Part shown: piece after piece, positions 26,135 to 39,698 of the stretch
How the letters are laid out: every line of letters begins with the position of its first letter
Position numbering within the stretch: the stretch's first letter is position 1
From: Macrostomum lignano
Taxonomy: Eukaryota
Assembly (NCBI GenBank): GCA_002269645.1
Contig: NIVC01000730.1
Span: 124,001-188,000 of the forward strand
DNA: 64,000 bases
Reading direction: 5' to 3'
Made by a program: the position numbers and the translations under genes
The notes under the pieces: generated by a model
Database searches by the model: none
What the model was told of the DNA's origin: nothing
The model's input: the letters and a program-made list of their open reading frames with translations, nothing else

Positions 26135-26780
26135 TCAATCATGTTCAAACGCTTTGAACAATGGCACAGCGAAATAACAGTCTTTGCTGAACGATTCTAC
26201 TGAAACAGCGATGCAGGGTCGATCGACCTCTGAAAAATTAACTATACGTTCGCGTCTGGCCGATCTAGGCGCATTAGACAGGGATATCAATACAAAACTG
26301 AATGTCGAAGACTTTTTGAACATGGATTCCAGCAATGCTTTCCAATTAAGTAAATCGATGGGGAAAGTTGCCGCTGGAAAAACAAAATCAAACAGCGAAA
26401 CAATGGGATCCAAAATTTGCACTTGAATAGTATTAGGCTCGAGGAACTCTGCAATAGTGCAGAGTTCGCCGGACTTCATTTGGCAAAGATGGTTAGAATT
26501 TTTTGACGCACAAGCTGAGCTACTTGTCGAGAAAAAATGTCCGTTAAAATAAGCAAGTGAGTTTCAAAGAATGCCCTGTGGCAAGCAAGCAAGCAAGCAA
26601 GCAAGATTTTCATTTTTAGTATATAGGACTGCATCCACTACAATAGAGTCCTTAACACAAGAAAAGTAGTGATTTAGCAACTTTTGAAACAAAAACTTGC
26701 AAACAAGCTGTGGGCCAAACGACAAAGTTCCACATAAGAACTTTTTAAACATTCCAATGGAGCTCTCGAATGCGAACATA
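26135..26780 (-). pseudogene. C-terminal fragment of a second CMC-type transposase, interrupted by a Helitron-like end
   Basis: MFAFESSIG matches the F.FE catalytic-Glu motif; ends YFAVPLFKAFEHD; (GCAA)n-GATTTTCATTTTTAGTATATAG is inserted at ~26580-26626. Confidence 0.6.
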
Positions 26781-27049
26781 GAATAATTAAATACAGGTTA
26801 ATTATATGTTAACTCATTGTATGTTAACTCGTACTGTTCAGCCATATGCAAAAGCAGGTGGAAATTAAGGCGGAGTACTTTTGGTCCGAATATTTGCTGA
26901 GCATTTGAGATAAAAGCTTTGCATAGCTTTTCGATATCAGTCTTATTTGATTGGGGTGTGATAAATAGGCAATTAGATAAATAGCATGCACGGTGAGCAA
27001 TTATTTAGGCCCTAGACAAACCTACTTGGAGCATTTGGAGATTTTAAAG

Positions 27050-28015
27050 CTATTAATCCTAATCGCCTATCGCCGGTCGGCGAGTTCTACCAGTCTTCTC
27101 CAATAGCCGCAGGTACAGTACAAGAAAAGAAAGAACACGAGGGAACACAAACAGAAAGATTTAGAGAGTGATAATCCTATGTGATACAACTGATAATTGG
27201 CTAGACGATTTAATTTGATTATTCAAGCTACAGGATTCAAGCAATTCGCGGCGCAGATAATTAGACTGATGATAACGAATAATAACGATTAATAATAATG
27301 ATTATATTACGCACTGACAAGCGGATCTCAGCTTGAAGAAGAAGAAGGAGGCACCGAACACAGGACCACGGAGAAGACTCCTAACCCCTGGCCTAAGCCA
27401 GAACCTACTCTCAAACGAGAGCCCTGCCGAATCGACCGTTCAACGGAGTACCGACTAAATTCTATCGGCACTGCCCTTCAGTGTAACACTGAGGCCCTCG
27501 GGGTCGAGGCCGCGTACTTGATCAGATCCGACAGTCTCTATCTAACCGCGCTTGATAGCGACGACGTCAGACAAGGATGCCGAATCGTTCCGCTATAAGA
27601 CTGAAGCGGTTGGGCGGGGAACAAAACACGGACCGGGGGTGATGAATTCAGGCGCCTCAAAGCGCGAACCAACAAGAGAGGAGAAATCGGGCCACCGGCC
27701 GGGAAGCTGGACAAGACAAAACCGGGGAAAGAGAGGCGAGAAAGAAAAGTGAGATCCGATTGCCAAACACACTTTCATATATAGTCAGAGTCACAACCCC
27801 TCAAAACCCCCTCAAGCCGGGTGGTGGTCGTCTGGCCGGCCGCTTGCTTAAGCCGAATTGTACCGTGGCCGCGGCGCCGGGTAGAATTGAAACTTGCCGC
27901 GTGCCAGGGTCCAGGCCGGTTCTGATTGGCTGGCCGCGCAAAGCTGGGGTTCGCAGACAAAAACTCAACCCTCCGCTGAGTCACAAAATTGGCGTCTAAC
28001 TCTAACCTGTTTACA
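27050..28015 (-). other. GC-rich LTR-like or promoter-like block
   Basis: Minus strand begins TGT and contains GCCAATCAG and TATATATGAA; the distal terminus and TSD are not convincing. Confidence 0.3.
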
Positions 28016-30141
28016 ATTTTAGATTTCAACCAACTAGAAAAAGCACACAAAAAACGCATGACTAAACTAAAGCAAAATAACAATTCAATAACAATATAGA
28101 AACTAATGCAGTCAATTTACAACAAAATACACGCAAAGATGCTCACACTACAGGGGGCTATACAACATGTGATAAATTAGAACTGAATTAGTTAACAGCA
28201 GTTTCAATGGAAAATGCAAAATTCTCTGCAAAAACGTAGGAAGAAAAAAGTATAGCGCAAAGTTTTTAAAATGCTTCGCTTCGAAAAAAAAGTTTCACAA
28301 AAAGATAAGATTCAAGAATCAATCGAGAGGCCAATCATCAAACCAATTAGAATTGAAACTGTACCATATGATTTTTATCATTAGGCCTTATGCCACCTGA
28401 GGCCTTTGCTTAGGTCTACCTATCATTATAAAAATGCATCAAAATATCATTTGAAAATATACCTCTAACCCCTATAGGTAATCTTTGAATCCCTAATATA
28501 ATATGGTTTCTAGTTTATCTACAAATATAATTTTCACTGAAGATCAAAATTAGCATGCCAAAAAACGTTACAAGCCACCGAATTTTAAAGCTAGCTACCA
28601 AAAGTGGAACTGGAAGTATTTTATAGAACTAAAGTTAAACACAACATGCAAGAGTGACAGTCTTCTTAAAAAGCTGGAAAAATAGGCCCAGTATTTTATG
28701 TCAACACGAAGTTAAGTCCGTAATTAATTAAACCGAAACAAAATGGCCGATAAAATTGCTGGTAATATATTCAAAGCAATTTGTAGGCGGAGAATATAGC
28801 AAATTTATTGAACTATTTTTTGTATTTACAAATTAGCTTTCAATAAATATATTTAAAACTTTACCAGATATACATAAAATAGCCTGAAATTTTTTAGGCT
28901 TAGATATTTCTTTTCCCGTATAAACTCTCTAACATGAATGATTTTGTCAATTGATCATGGATCATAGATGATTTATCCAAGATGAGAGAGTAGGATAGTA
29001 TGGCCGGTCTCCGGTAAAGCATCCGATTGCTGATTTTTGACTTCCCCGTCCGCAATGGTCACCAGTACGTTCCAATTAGGTACCAATTGAAACGTTCCGG
29101 TACGTCCCATCGGGAGTAAGTCGGTACGTAGCAATAACGTACCATTGGTACGCACTAATAACGTACCATTGGTACGCAGTGGTACGTTTGCTAAAATAGT
29201 AAATTATCAATTGAAACTATGATAGCCTGATATATTTTTTATCCTTGTGTCCTTTGTCGTAGCTGCAAGGTATGCCACTTTACTATAAATTACAAAAGAA
29301 GGATTTAATTAAGAAAGCCAATATATAGGCCATTTTCTATAAATATCGTTTTCAATTCTCAGTTTTCATGCTAGTAATTGCTTAATTTAAAACAGATAGC
29401 TCGTATGGTTGGTGCTTATACATTATATTTATCCAGCAAAAGAAACAGCAACATAAATATTATGAAGGACGATAAGACTTAACATAGCTAAAGGTGGCAA
29501 ATTATACGACAGGTGGTAATCAATACATGTAACGTGAATTGCGTCATGACTTGTGAATGGATAAACGCATCTTACCCAGCAATTTTTCTAATGTCGACAC
29601 CACAGCTTCATTTTCCTACCTTTCGGTTAAAATGCACCAGGGACCGAGAAATCATTTAGAAATTCGATCGAAGGAAGGACAATGGCCCCTTATTGTTTAA
29701 TTGAATTAACTTGGAAAAAAGCTATGTAATATCGCTCTGTTGAGAGAATTTATACTCACTGTTAATCCATTATACAATTTGACACAATTCTCGTAGATTT
29801 TGAAGTACCACTAATATAAGTATGTGCGTTTATTGTTTATCAATTATCTACCAGTGATCAACGATCAGTTCTCGGAATCTTATTCGGCAGAGTCATCAAA
29901 AAGCTGTTATTATTGCTTCTGCAGTCCTGGGACACATTTAGTAGTCTCAAGACTTTCACAGAAGCAATTTTCACTTAGAAAGTTTTTTTAACTAAATTAA
30001 TGTATCAGAAAGCTTATGGGTTCGGCCTTTTAAGCCTGTAGTGTTAGCACTGTGATGAACTTTTATTTATTAGAGAATGCACTTTGCTTAGTAGCCGTCA
30101 ACGGCTGAGAATCCTATTGATGTCTATGGACATTTGTACAG

Positions 30142-30873
30142 TACATGTTGGTACTGATTGATGCGTTCAGTAAATGGGCTGAAGTTCACGTGACTAAGGG
30201 AACCACTTCATCTGAGACAATCAAGCAACTGCGAAGAACGTTCGCCCAAGAAGGCGTGCCCGTGACTATTGTTTCCGACAATGGACCTCAATTTGTATCG
30301 AAAGAAATGCAAGGTTGGTTCAAAGGAATCAACTGCCGACATGTTCTCACACCACCGTATCATCCAAGGTCAAATGGACTGGCCGAGCGCTTTGTGAGAG
30401 ATTTAAAAAATCACGTCCGAGCCGCTGAAGAAGACGACCTTCAGAGTTGCGTCGACCGGTTTCTGCTTCAATACTGGAACGCGAAACATTCTACGACCGG
30501 AAAATCGCCCTCTGAGCTAATATGAGGTCACCTACTTCGCACCCCTGCATTTTCTCTGGCACGTGAGCCAGTCTGGGTGAAAACCTACAACAACGAGATG
30601 ACAAAGTGGAAGTCTGGCGAAGTGGTGGCAACAGAGGGAAAGGTTGTGGTCGACGTTGAGCTGGAGGACGGAAGGCGTGAACGCTACCATCGTGAACAGA
30701 CAAAGCCAAGGAGTTCCGGTTCCGATGACCTGGTGGAGATGGAGACTGAAGAACATGTGCACACGGATCAAGAGTCTGGTCTTCGGAGAAGTAATCGCCA
30801 TCGGCAAGTACCAAGGCGACTTGAGTACCGCAAGCTTGGTGTACCTACCTAGCTGTTAACTAATGGGAAGGAG
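30142..30873 (+). repeat. Duplicated integrase 3' half, 3' UTR and PPT
   Basis: Nearly identical to ~33862-34593 with only a few substitutions (e.g. HVL versus HFL). Confidence 0.95.
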
Positions 30874-31098
30874 TGTTAGCACTGTGATGAACTTTTATTT
30901 ATTAGAGAATGCACTTTGCTTAGTAGCCGTCAACGGCTGATAATCCTATTGATGTCTATGGACATTTGTACAGTTCAATTCGGTGGCTTAAAGAGTTGCC
31001 AAAATATAATTGAAAAGACCAAGCGTCTGCAGAGTTAAGCTAAAGGCTGAGACTCGATCAATTTTCTTACTCGTCCCAAAAAACGAACACTGGCGACG

Positions 31099-34000
31099 AC
31101 GGCTGGTCTTATTGAGCCTCTGGAGACAGAAGCCCCAGCGGAAATTGAGCGCTGGTTCCAACGCTTCGAAGCAGTTTCCAAGCTGAACAAGTGGGATGAC
31201 ACCGCTCAGAAGTTCGCCCTCATCGCACACCTCGGCAAGAAGGCCTTCGCACTGTTGGCGGACGCGCTATTGCCAGATAAGCCTGACGCCAAGACCTACG
31301 CTGATCTGAAAACTCAGCTGATCAAGGAGACGAAAGCGGCGAAATCCGAGATTGCATACCGGTACGCGTTCCATCACCTCAAGCAGGACGACGGCGAAGA
31401 CGTTTCTGCCTACGCAAGAAGGCTGCGACTGGGTTCGGAGAACTGCGGCTTTTCAACCGCCGAACTGAATGACCGCCTGCGGGACCAATTTATCTTCGGA
31501 TTGTCGAACAAGGAAATCGTCAGAAAGTTGCTCACGGAGAAACTGAAAGATCTGACGTGGGAAAAAGTAACTACGGTGGCCAATGCATGCGAGGCCGTAA
31601 GTCGCGGCGAAAGACAAATCTCAGGAGGCGAAATTCTACATGTCAAGTCAGATCCTCCTTCGACATCGAAAGCCCAGAAGCCAGCGTACCAGAAAAGCGA
31701 CCAGAAGAACGGCCAATTGCGCCAAGTCAAGTGCTTCTGCTGCGGCAAGGAAGGACATACAAAGGACCAGTGCCACCACCGGACTAAGACATGCCTTCAG
31801 TGTGGTAAGGTTGGTCATCTCAAAGCAGTTTGCAGGTGCGGACCGAACAAAGGTGGACAACGGCCTTCAACGAGCAACAAATGGTCACAAGGAGGCGGAC
31901 GGCATCCAAGGAGCAGAGTCAGAGCAATCGACGATGCAGCTGATCAAGTCGGACACATTTTCTCGATGATGACGCCGGAAGATGGTCGTGGAAGCAGAAG
32001 GATAACGCGACATTTAGTAGTCAATGGTACGAAAATCAAGATGCTACTGGACACCGGGTCGTGCTCAACGGTCGTGTCAAGCTCGGTGTTTCAAAGCCTA
32101 CTCGAACCAGCAAATGTAAGGCCCACAAGCAGACGATTCGCTGCGTATCAAGGGTATCCCGTATCAAGGGGAGTAAGTTCCGACCTAACTCTGTTTGTGG
32201 TGGACAACCCAAAAGCCAAATCTATCTATGGCCTAGATTGGATTGCTGCCCTTGAGCCAGACCTCTACACTTTTATTACAAAAAGTACGGTGCCTGAGGA
32301 AGACGGCTCGAATCCTACAACGGCGTGCTCTGTAAAAAGATTTTCTGTATCATTGGCCATTGAGGCGGGAGCAAAGCCCATCTTTTTTAAACCTCGGCAA
32401 ATTCCATACGGGATTCAGGACGATGTCAAGGCCGAGTTGAAGAGAATGGAAGAGGCTGGACAGCTCCAGAAGGTGGAATCCAGCGAGTGGGCTACACCCA
32501 TTGTCTGTGTTCGAAAGCAGTCTGGAAAAGTTCGGATTTGTGGTGACTACAAGGATACCCTCAACCCACTGCTGAAAGACATGGTGTCAACAACGCCCAC
32601 AATTGACGAAGTTCTGTCAAAACTAGGCCGTGCCCGCCGATTCTCTACGTTGGACCTATCAAATGCGTACCTCCAAGTACCGGTGGATGAAGACAGCAGC
32701 GTGATGCTGACGTGGAGCACTCCGTTCGGCTTATACAGGCCCACTGCATTGGCATATGGAGTAAAGCAAGCACCAGCAATTTTTCAGTCATTCATGGACA
32801 GGTTGCTTCTAAACATAGAAGGTGTCATTTCCTACCAAGATGACATTCTTGTGTGGGGTTTCAACCAACAGAGTCATGACAACAGACTTCCAATGTGCTT
32901 TGAATTTTAAAGGAGAGTGGACTGAGCATTAACGAGGAGAAATGCACTTTTAACAAGCCATCTATCATGTTCCTGGGATATGAGATCAGTGAAAATGGCA
33001 TTCGTCCACCACCAAAGAAAGCCAAGGAGATTGCAGGATTAGAAGAGCCAAAGAATCTCAAGCAGCTGCAGTCATTTATCGGGATGGTCGATTTCTACGG
33101 ACGGTGTATCAAGAATCTCGCGAACCTGAAAGAACCTCTAACAAAACTGACCAGGTCAGGAACGAAGTGGGCATGGGGCCCAATCGAGCAGAGAGCCTTT
33201 CAGAGCATCGAGGACGAACTACACAATGCAGTCGCTCTCAAGCGTTGCTGCAGCGAGAGTGCAACGCTGGGCAATCACTTTGATGAGCTACGAATACGCC
33301 ATTGAGTGCAAGAGATCTGCTGAGATTCCCATGGCCGATGCCCTGTCAAGACTGCAGAACAGCACGTCTGAAGGGGAGCAGTTTGACATTAGCTCAGTGC
33401 AGGACTGCCTACTAGATTTTCCAATCAACAAGGAGCGTTTGAGAAGACAATCGAAAGAGGATTCAGAGCTCCGGAAGTTATTCGCTCAAGTCAAGTTTGG
33501 CTGGAATGCAGAAGGACTTCGAGAACTACAACAGTTTAGCCGATTCAGGGACGAGTTAGTCATTGAGAATGGATTGCTGTACAGAGGTATTCGGCTGGTT
33601 GTACCAAAGCAGGAGCGTTCTGCAACTTTGCGATTGCTGCACGAAGGACACATCGGACCAGAAAAGATGAAATCCATAGCTAGACAATGCGTCTGGTGGC
33701 CTGAAGTAGATCGAGACATCGAAAAGTATGCGAAAGGATGTAGTTCGTGCCAGGAAAACAAGGATCATGGGGCCACCCGACAATGGACTTCGTGGCCGGA
33801 TGAGACCGAATGCTGGTCAAGAGTTCACATGGACTACGCAGGGCCTATGAAGGGAGGAAACTACATGTTGGTACTGATTGATGCGTTCAGTAAATGGGCT
33901 GAAGTTCACGTGACTAAGGGAACCACTTCATCTGAGACAATCAAGCAACTGCGAAGAACGTTCGCCCAAGAAGGCGTGCCCGTGACTATTGTTTCCGACA

Positions 34001-34245
34001 ATGGACCTCAATTTGTATCGAAAGAAATGCAAGGTTGGTTCAAAGGAATCAACTGCCGACATTTTCTCACACCACCGTATCATCCAAGGTCAAATGGACT
34101 GGCCGAGCGCTTTGTGAGAGATTTAAAAAATCACGTCCGAGCCGCTGAAGAAGACGACCTTCAGAGTTGCGTCGACCGGTTTCTGCTTCAATACTGGAAC
34201 GCGAAACATTCTACGACCGGAAAATCGCCCTCTGAGCTAATATGA
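31099..34245 (+). pseudogene. Gag-Pol (CCHC zinc knuckles, LLDTGS protease, YQDD RT, RNase H, H2C2/DDE integrase), frameshifted
   Basis: Track ORFs 31255-32910, 32967-33305 and 33226-34245; SDNGPQF and SNGLAER integrase motifs. Confidence 0.93.
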
Positions 34246-35649
34246 GGTCACCTACTTCGCACCCCTGCATTTTCTCTGGCACGTGAGCCAGTCTGGGTGA
34301 AAACCTACAACAACGAGATGACAAAGTGGAAGTCTGGCGAAGTGGTGGCAACAGAGGGAAAGGTTGTGGTCGACGTTGAGCTGGAGGACGGAAGGCGTGA
34401 ACGCTACCATCGTGAACAGACAAAGCCAAGGAGTTCCGGTTCCGATGACCTGGTGGAGATGGAGACTGAATAACATGTGCACACGGATCAAGAGTCTGGT
34501 CTTCGGAGAAGTAATCGCCATCGGCAAGTACCAAGGCGACTTGAGTACCGCAAGCTTGGTGTACCTACCTAGCTGTTAACTAATGGGAAGGAGTGTTAGC
34601 ACTGTGATGAACTTTTATTTATTAGAGAATGCACTTTGCTTAGTAGCCGTCAACGGCTGATAATCCTATTGATGTCTATGGACATTTGTACAGTTCAATT
34701 CGGTGGCTTAAAGAGTTGCCAAAATATAATTGAAAAGACCAAGCGTCTGCAGAGTTAAGCTAAAGGCTGAGACTCGATCAATTTTCTTACTCGTCCCAAA
34801 AAACGAACATGTAGCTTCGGGCCTCGGAACTCAGAAATGAATCACTTAAAGCTCCGGCCTCTCAATCCTGTCAGATGGTCAGCCCCGTGGTAGCAAGATT
34901 GTGGGCGAGCAGCAAGGTCCTACAGTTAAGAGAAGACAGCGAAGAACAAGCAGGGAGAATTTAAAAGGTAGAGATTAGCTAATCCACAGATTAACCAACC
35001 CGCTGCCACCAGTCCGTGCGCCCTGGCTCACCAAACCGGAGCTATCGAAATCGGACTTCCGACTAGAGGGGCACTGCACTTACCTGCCATCTAGTGTCTT
35101 TTAGCTGTCTATTTCGAAGTCATAGCCGAATAGTAGGGACACTGCTGGGACTAAGATCGCATTGGCCATGCAGGGACAGAGAGGACTTTTGCAGGGGGTT
35201 CTTGCGCTGGCGATCCTTTATACACTACTAAATGCACTATTTCATTGCCAAATTCGCAGAAGTACATGTACGCTCGTACAAGTACACGTAACTGCACACT
35301 TTTGGCACTAAATGTGTTAACGCGTCGACAGATAGCGATGATGTAGGTGTATTGCCGCCTTTGGAGATGTTTAGACTAACATTTAACTCGTTTTAGCCGC
35401 TTAGCTGCCTGAGACTGCGCGAAAGCACCAGTCTGGCACTTAGGTTGCATGCTTATCATGATCCCGTACGACATTTTCCGTATCGAGACGTATCGGAGAC
35501 GCCCCCTCAAGGTCCCATTAAAACGTCTCTGGGAACGGTATTTCGATAGTTACGGATTCGTCCCGAAGCGAGAATTTAGGGCCTCCACTGCAGGCCGCAA
35601 AGGAACGTAAAAATACGTGCCCGAGAATCAGCAATTTTGTCGCATTTCC

Positions 35650-36220
35650 TTTATGAATGAAGTTATTCACTGTGCCAATAAATCATAATTATAAGAGTTA
35701 GAAATCTGAAGTTTTGACCCTAAGTTAGAAGATAGGTAGAAATTTATGAAAAGCCCAGGCGCAGTGAAGGGCGAGGCAGAAGAGTACAATGGAACCCCTA
35801 GATAGCTATTAGAAGAGCAAACAGAAGCAGCTTTAAGATAATTAATCAACTGTCAAGTCAATGTGAATAGCCGAATCTAATAAAGCCTCTTTCCATTCCA
35901 GTTAGTAGCATCACCCGCCGCAGGCACAAGGGCGACTAAACCGGCCGGGAAAAGCAAACTGAGCAGCGGCCTGACTTAGAGAACAACGCGGCACGCGGCA
36001 TCTTCTGGCGCACCCTGAGGGAGAAAACGTGAGGCCCACCTAGAGACTCCTACCCAACCCGAAGCTGCCTGACAACCGAGAGAAACAGAGGACTGTTTAA
36101 TCATTCATGGACAGAGTGTAGAGACGGAAAACTAAGCACTTTTTCCATAATCTTTCTATCCAAAATTTTATCCAACTCAACACATAGATTTGCGAAAGCC
36201 CAAATAATCTCTAACCTTCA
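35650..36220 (-). pseudogene. Possible degraded non-LTR reverse transcriptase fragment
   Basis: VCSSNSYLGVPL resembles the RT domain-7 YLG motif; the rest is heavily decayed. Confidence 0.3.
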
Positions 36221-37344
36221 CACTTAGCAACCTATTAGAACTAACTAAATTCATGTACAATTAGGGGACTGAGTCCCAGATTTTTATTGCTTAAAACCCC
36301 CCGCCGTTGCTAACAACGCGAAGACACCCCACCGGCGGCGGGGGAGGCCAAAAATGCTAATTGGTACAAATAGACGCTCATCTCAAACTGGAGCGGCGCT
36401 TCGTTTTTTTCTGCGCAGTTTTCGATCTTGAATCGCTCCATTTGAATTAGTTTCTGGATTATCCAGTTGGCACCAATCCAAGTCTTGAATCAATTATTTG
36501 CCTTGACTATTGCCTAGAGCAAATACTAGACAAAATCGAACTCAGCTTAGATACTAGGAGATCCCGTCAGTTTATACGGTTTTCTCTGACGGCCTTAGGA
36601 GAGACTAAGAGCTGTAAGAACCTTAGACCGCTAGACATCTATCTCAAGAAAGTGAGAACACAAACTCAAAGGCCCCAGAGAAAAACGCGTATAATAATGA
36701 ATGACTGTGCAAATTATAGAGAAAAGAATTAAAAGGAAACATAATCCTACTCAATCAACAAAGAAGTTTTTTGTTTAGCTAAAACGCGTGAGTTTTTTTT
36801 TACAGTTTTTCATCAGCATATTGCAGAATGTATTAACTGCGTATGCTGAAATTAATTATGAATATATTATACTACATGAAATAATTTTAGTTGATACATC
36901 AAACAATTGTGAATATTGACATAAATGTGTCTAATTATAAAAATACACAGGTAAAATATTAAAACAGCAACATAGCATAAATATGTAGGTATACGGAAAC
37001 AGAAGCATTCAATTTACGTATATAATGTAGCACAAAAGGCTTAATAAGAGTACGTGTACCGTTAATAATTTTTTTTTATTTCAGCTAGTGTTATAAAAAA
37101 CGCAATGCATTTAACTGTTAGACTTTTTAATTAAATAAGGGGAAAATGTATGCTTTGAGAGCAGGTCGCAGCTGCAAGAAAGCGCATGGTAAGATAAAAC
37201 GGCACGCTTTGAGAGCAGGTCGCATCTGCAAGAAAAAACGGCCCAAAAAGTTCAAACAATGCTGTGTTCTTTTATGATAATTGTCTTTTACTCTTCCATG
37301 ATGCTATCAGTGTCCAGATTAACGCCGTCATTATTAACGCTTTC

Positions 37345-37975
37345 TACGTCGTCTTATCTTGTCTTGTATAGCCATTCGACCTCCTAGGAGGCATGCCACT
37401 CATTGGCTTTGAGACGGTTCCGCGGTGCAGACTTTCCGGTGTCTTGCCATCTTTTTCTTCGAGATGCTCTTGCTGCAGTCTGGGCAAGTAATCTTCGCTC
37501 TTCTCGGTACGTTGGTTGGTTCAGGCCTGTCCGTCGTGTCGGCGTCTTGGTCCTCTTCTTCTTGTTGGTATCCTGTTTGTAGGTCGTGTACTGCGCACAG
37601 GTGCGTATGTGTCTCGCCATGTTGCTGGTGCTTCTGGGCTGGAGACAGTATGGGCATGTCCCTTTCGGGGCGCCTTTGCAGATCTTGAGGTGGTTCGTCT
37701 CTCTTACTATTTTGTTTAGGATGTCTCCGCATCTTGGGCACTTTTTTCTTCTTGTCTTTGTTCTCGATGCATCCTAATGTTGTGTATCTTTATTCCCGTG
37801 TGAGTCTTGAACTCTCTGTCGCAGATGGTGCAGTATCTGTCCTCTGTTTGCCGTCCTGTTTGGTCCCTTGGCATGAGCGTGTTCTTGTTCAATGCTTTCA
37901 CCTCTTCCCATTTTGTTATGTGCTCCAACCTTGCCTTGACTGCCGTTTTCCAAGATGCTCGTGTTACGGGTGGAG
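37345..37975 (-). mobile_element. 5'-truncated RTE-like non-LTR retrotransposon 3' end with four zinc fingers
   Basis: TRASWKTAVK...WEE (the dR..Wr..v motif), CTICDREFKTHTGIKIH..MH, then CPRC..HLKIC, CPYC..MARHIRTC and CPDC..MARHRKVC across two frameshifts; (CAAGA)n-like tail. Confidence 0.6.
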
Positions 37976-38627
37976 TTTTAATAAGAGTTTCCGGTGGTAG
38001 CTACTAAATTAGCAGCTACTAAAGTCGCAGCAAATGGACGAATGGGGTCAAACGCTGGAGGCAAAAGGTGGTCGCGCTGACCAAGCATTGAACGGAAGAA
38101 ATCATCACGGAAATACATTGACACAAACAAAATTACCAAACAAGGGACGCGCAAGGCTAGAAAAAGGGGCAGGGTGACCAGCGCAGGAACAGGAGAAAAA
38201 GATGAAATATCCCAACAGCTGGGGGCACAGGGTGGACACAATAGGCCAAAAACTAGGGACAGCGGAGAAGGGTCATGGGGTGGTCAAATAGATAAAAATA
38301 AAATTTCAAAAAAAATATTAAGCGTTAATTTAAACAGTCAGTGGCAGCCCGAAACTGCCACATATGCAACAAAATTTCGCATACTTCAAAGGGGGGAACA
38401 AGGAGGGGAACACCAGGTGGAGCACTAGCTGGAAAAAGGGGGCAAAACCCGGGGAAAAACACATTAAAACAAGGGCGGGACCAAGAGAAGGAGCAACAGG
38501 GGGAACAAAGGTGGGAGTAACCAAGGGAATGTTAATAAACATTCAAAGGAGCCGTCGGTGACGTCAATTGTCGCTTCCGGAGGGAGACGTCGCGCTGTCG
38601 CCAACCGCTGCCTGAAGCCCAGTGGTA

Positions 38628-39061
38628 TGAGGTGGGGTGGAGAAGGTTTTTCTTGGAATGGGTTAATTTGAAATTAGTTGATGACACCAGTGAGGTGGGG
38701 CGGATTCCACGTTTCAATTGCCGCCGGCGTTGTGTCCGCACGAATAAAGCCGGAAAAACCGCGCAGACAGATCTCAACGAATTTCTTCTCCTTTTACTCC
38801 GACAGCCGGGTTCTCAAGTCCGGGGGGGAGGGTAGTCGTAATCGTAGCGGAGCGGTCGTAGAGCGGCACGGTCGTTCAGATGATAAATCACTGGAGGTTC
38901 TGACTCCGTAAATTAAGGCGTCGATGTGTTGAACTTGTTGAACTTGTTACTTTCAGTAGGGTAGTTGCTGCCACCACCGTAATTCTCGTATTACGGAACG
39001 TTGATGGTCTCAGAGCTTTCTTTGAGTTGAGACTTCGGTTATTTTACGCCCCACGGGCAAA
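38628..39061. ncRNA. Conserved structured ~430-bp unit, copy 1
   Basis: TGAGGTGGGG...TTATTTTACGCCCCACGGGCAAA; conserved hairpins with variable loops across three copies. Confidence 0.5.
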
Positions 39062-39698
39062 TGATTCAAGATAGGCTATGGCTTATGTCAACGGAATAAT
39101 TATTAAATGATTAAGTTTGTCGGTTATTTATTTATTGAATCAGGTTTTACTGGCTCGCGCGGATGGTTAATAGGTTGAAACTAATTACTACAGACGATAG
39201 ATATCGCGGGCGCCGGTGCGTTAATGAAACTTAAAATAAAAGAAAGCTGATACGCTAAACTTAACTCGGAAACAAATGACAAGAAGAACAAACGGTAACA
39301 AAACAAAACTAAAGGAAAGAAAGGACAGAAAAAGGGGAAATGAAGAAACGAAAAACTGAGCAATGAGTATTTATAATAGAAACGTATATTACATCCAAAG
39401 CATGGGGGCTAAGTTGGCCAACGTGGGGGCCATGCAATGGCTAGTGAACCAAAAATAACTGAAAAAACACATAAAATGATTAAATTCCACGGGTGATATT
39501 GCGTTTAGCCAGAAAATGGGGAGCTAAAAATCAGACAGTGGTCCCGACTTGGGACCAGCGGAGGGAGGTGAGGTCATAGTATACCATGGTTGGCCGCACG
39601 GGTTGGCATTCACGAAAAAATATTAGCACGCATTTAAATGTTAGGAAATAATTATTTAAAAAAAAATTAATGTCTGCGGCAACACTACTGCCACAATG

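Larger units (their letters stand above)
30042..34809 (+). mobile_element. Gypsy/Ty3 LTR retrotransposon with three LTRs
   Basis: LTR TGTTAGC...AACA: partial 30042-30142, full 30874-31089 and 34594-34809; PBS TGGCGACGA at 31091; PPT GGGAAGGAG; 5-bp TSD TGTAG (30037-30041 and 34810-34814). Confidence 0.96.

Noticed and set aside
27041-28020. ATTTT as the TSD of a solo LTR
   Set aside because: The implied left terminus starts AAAGC rather than TG, and ATTTT is common in this AT-rich DNA.
29045-29190. AACGTACCATTGGTACG repeats as the end of another CMC-type element
   Set aside because: They resemble subterminal repeats, but I could not identify a matching opposite end or TSD.
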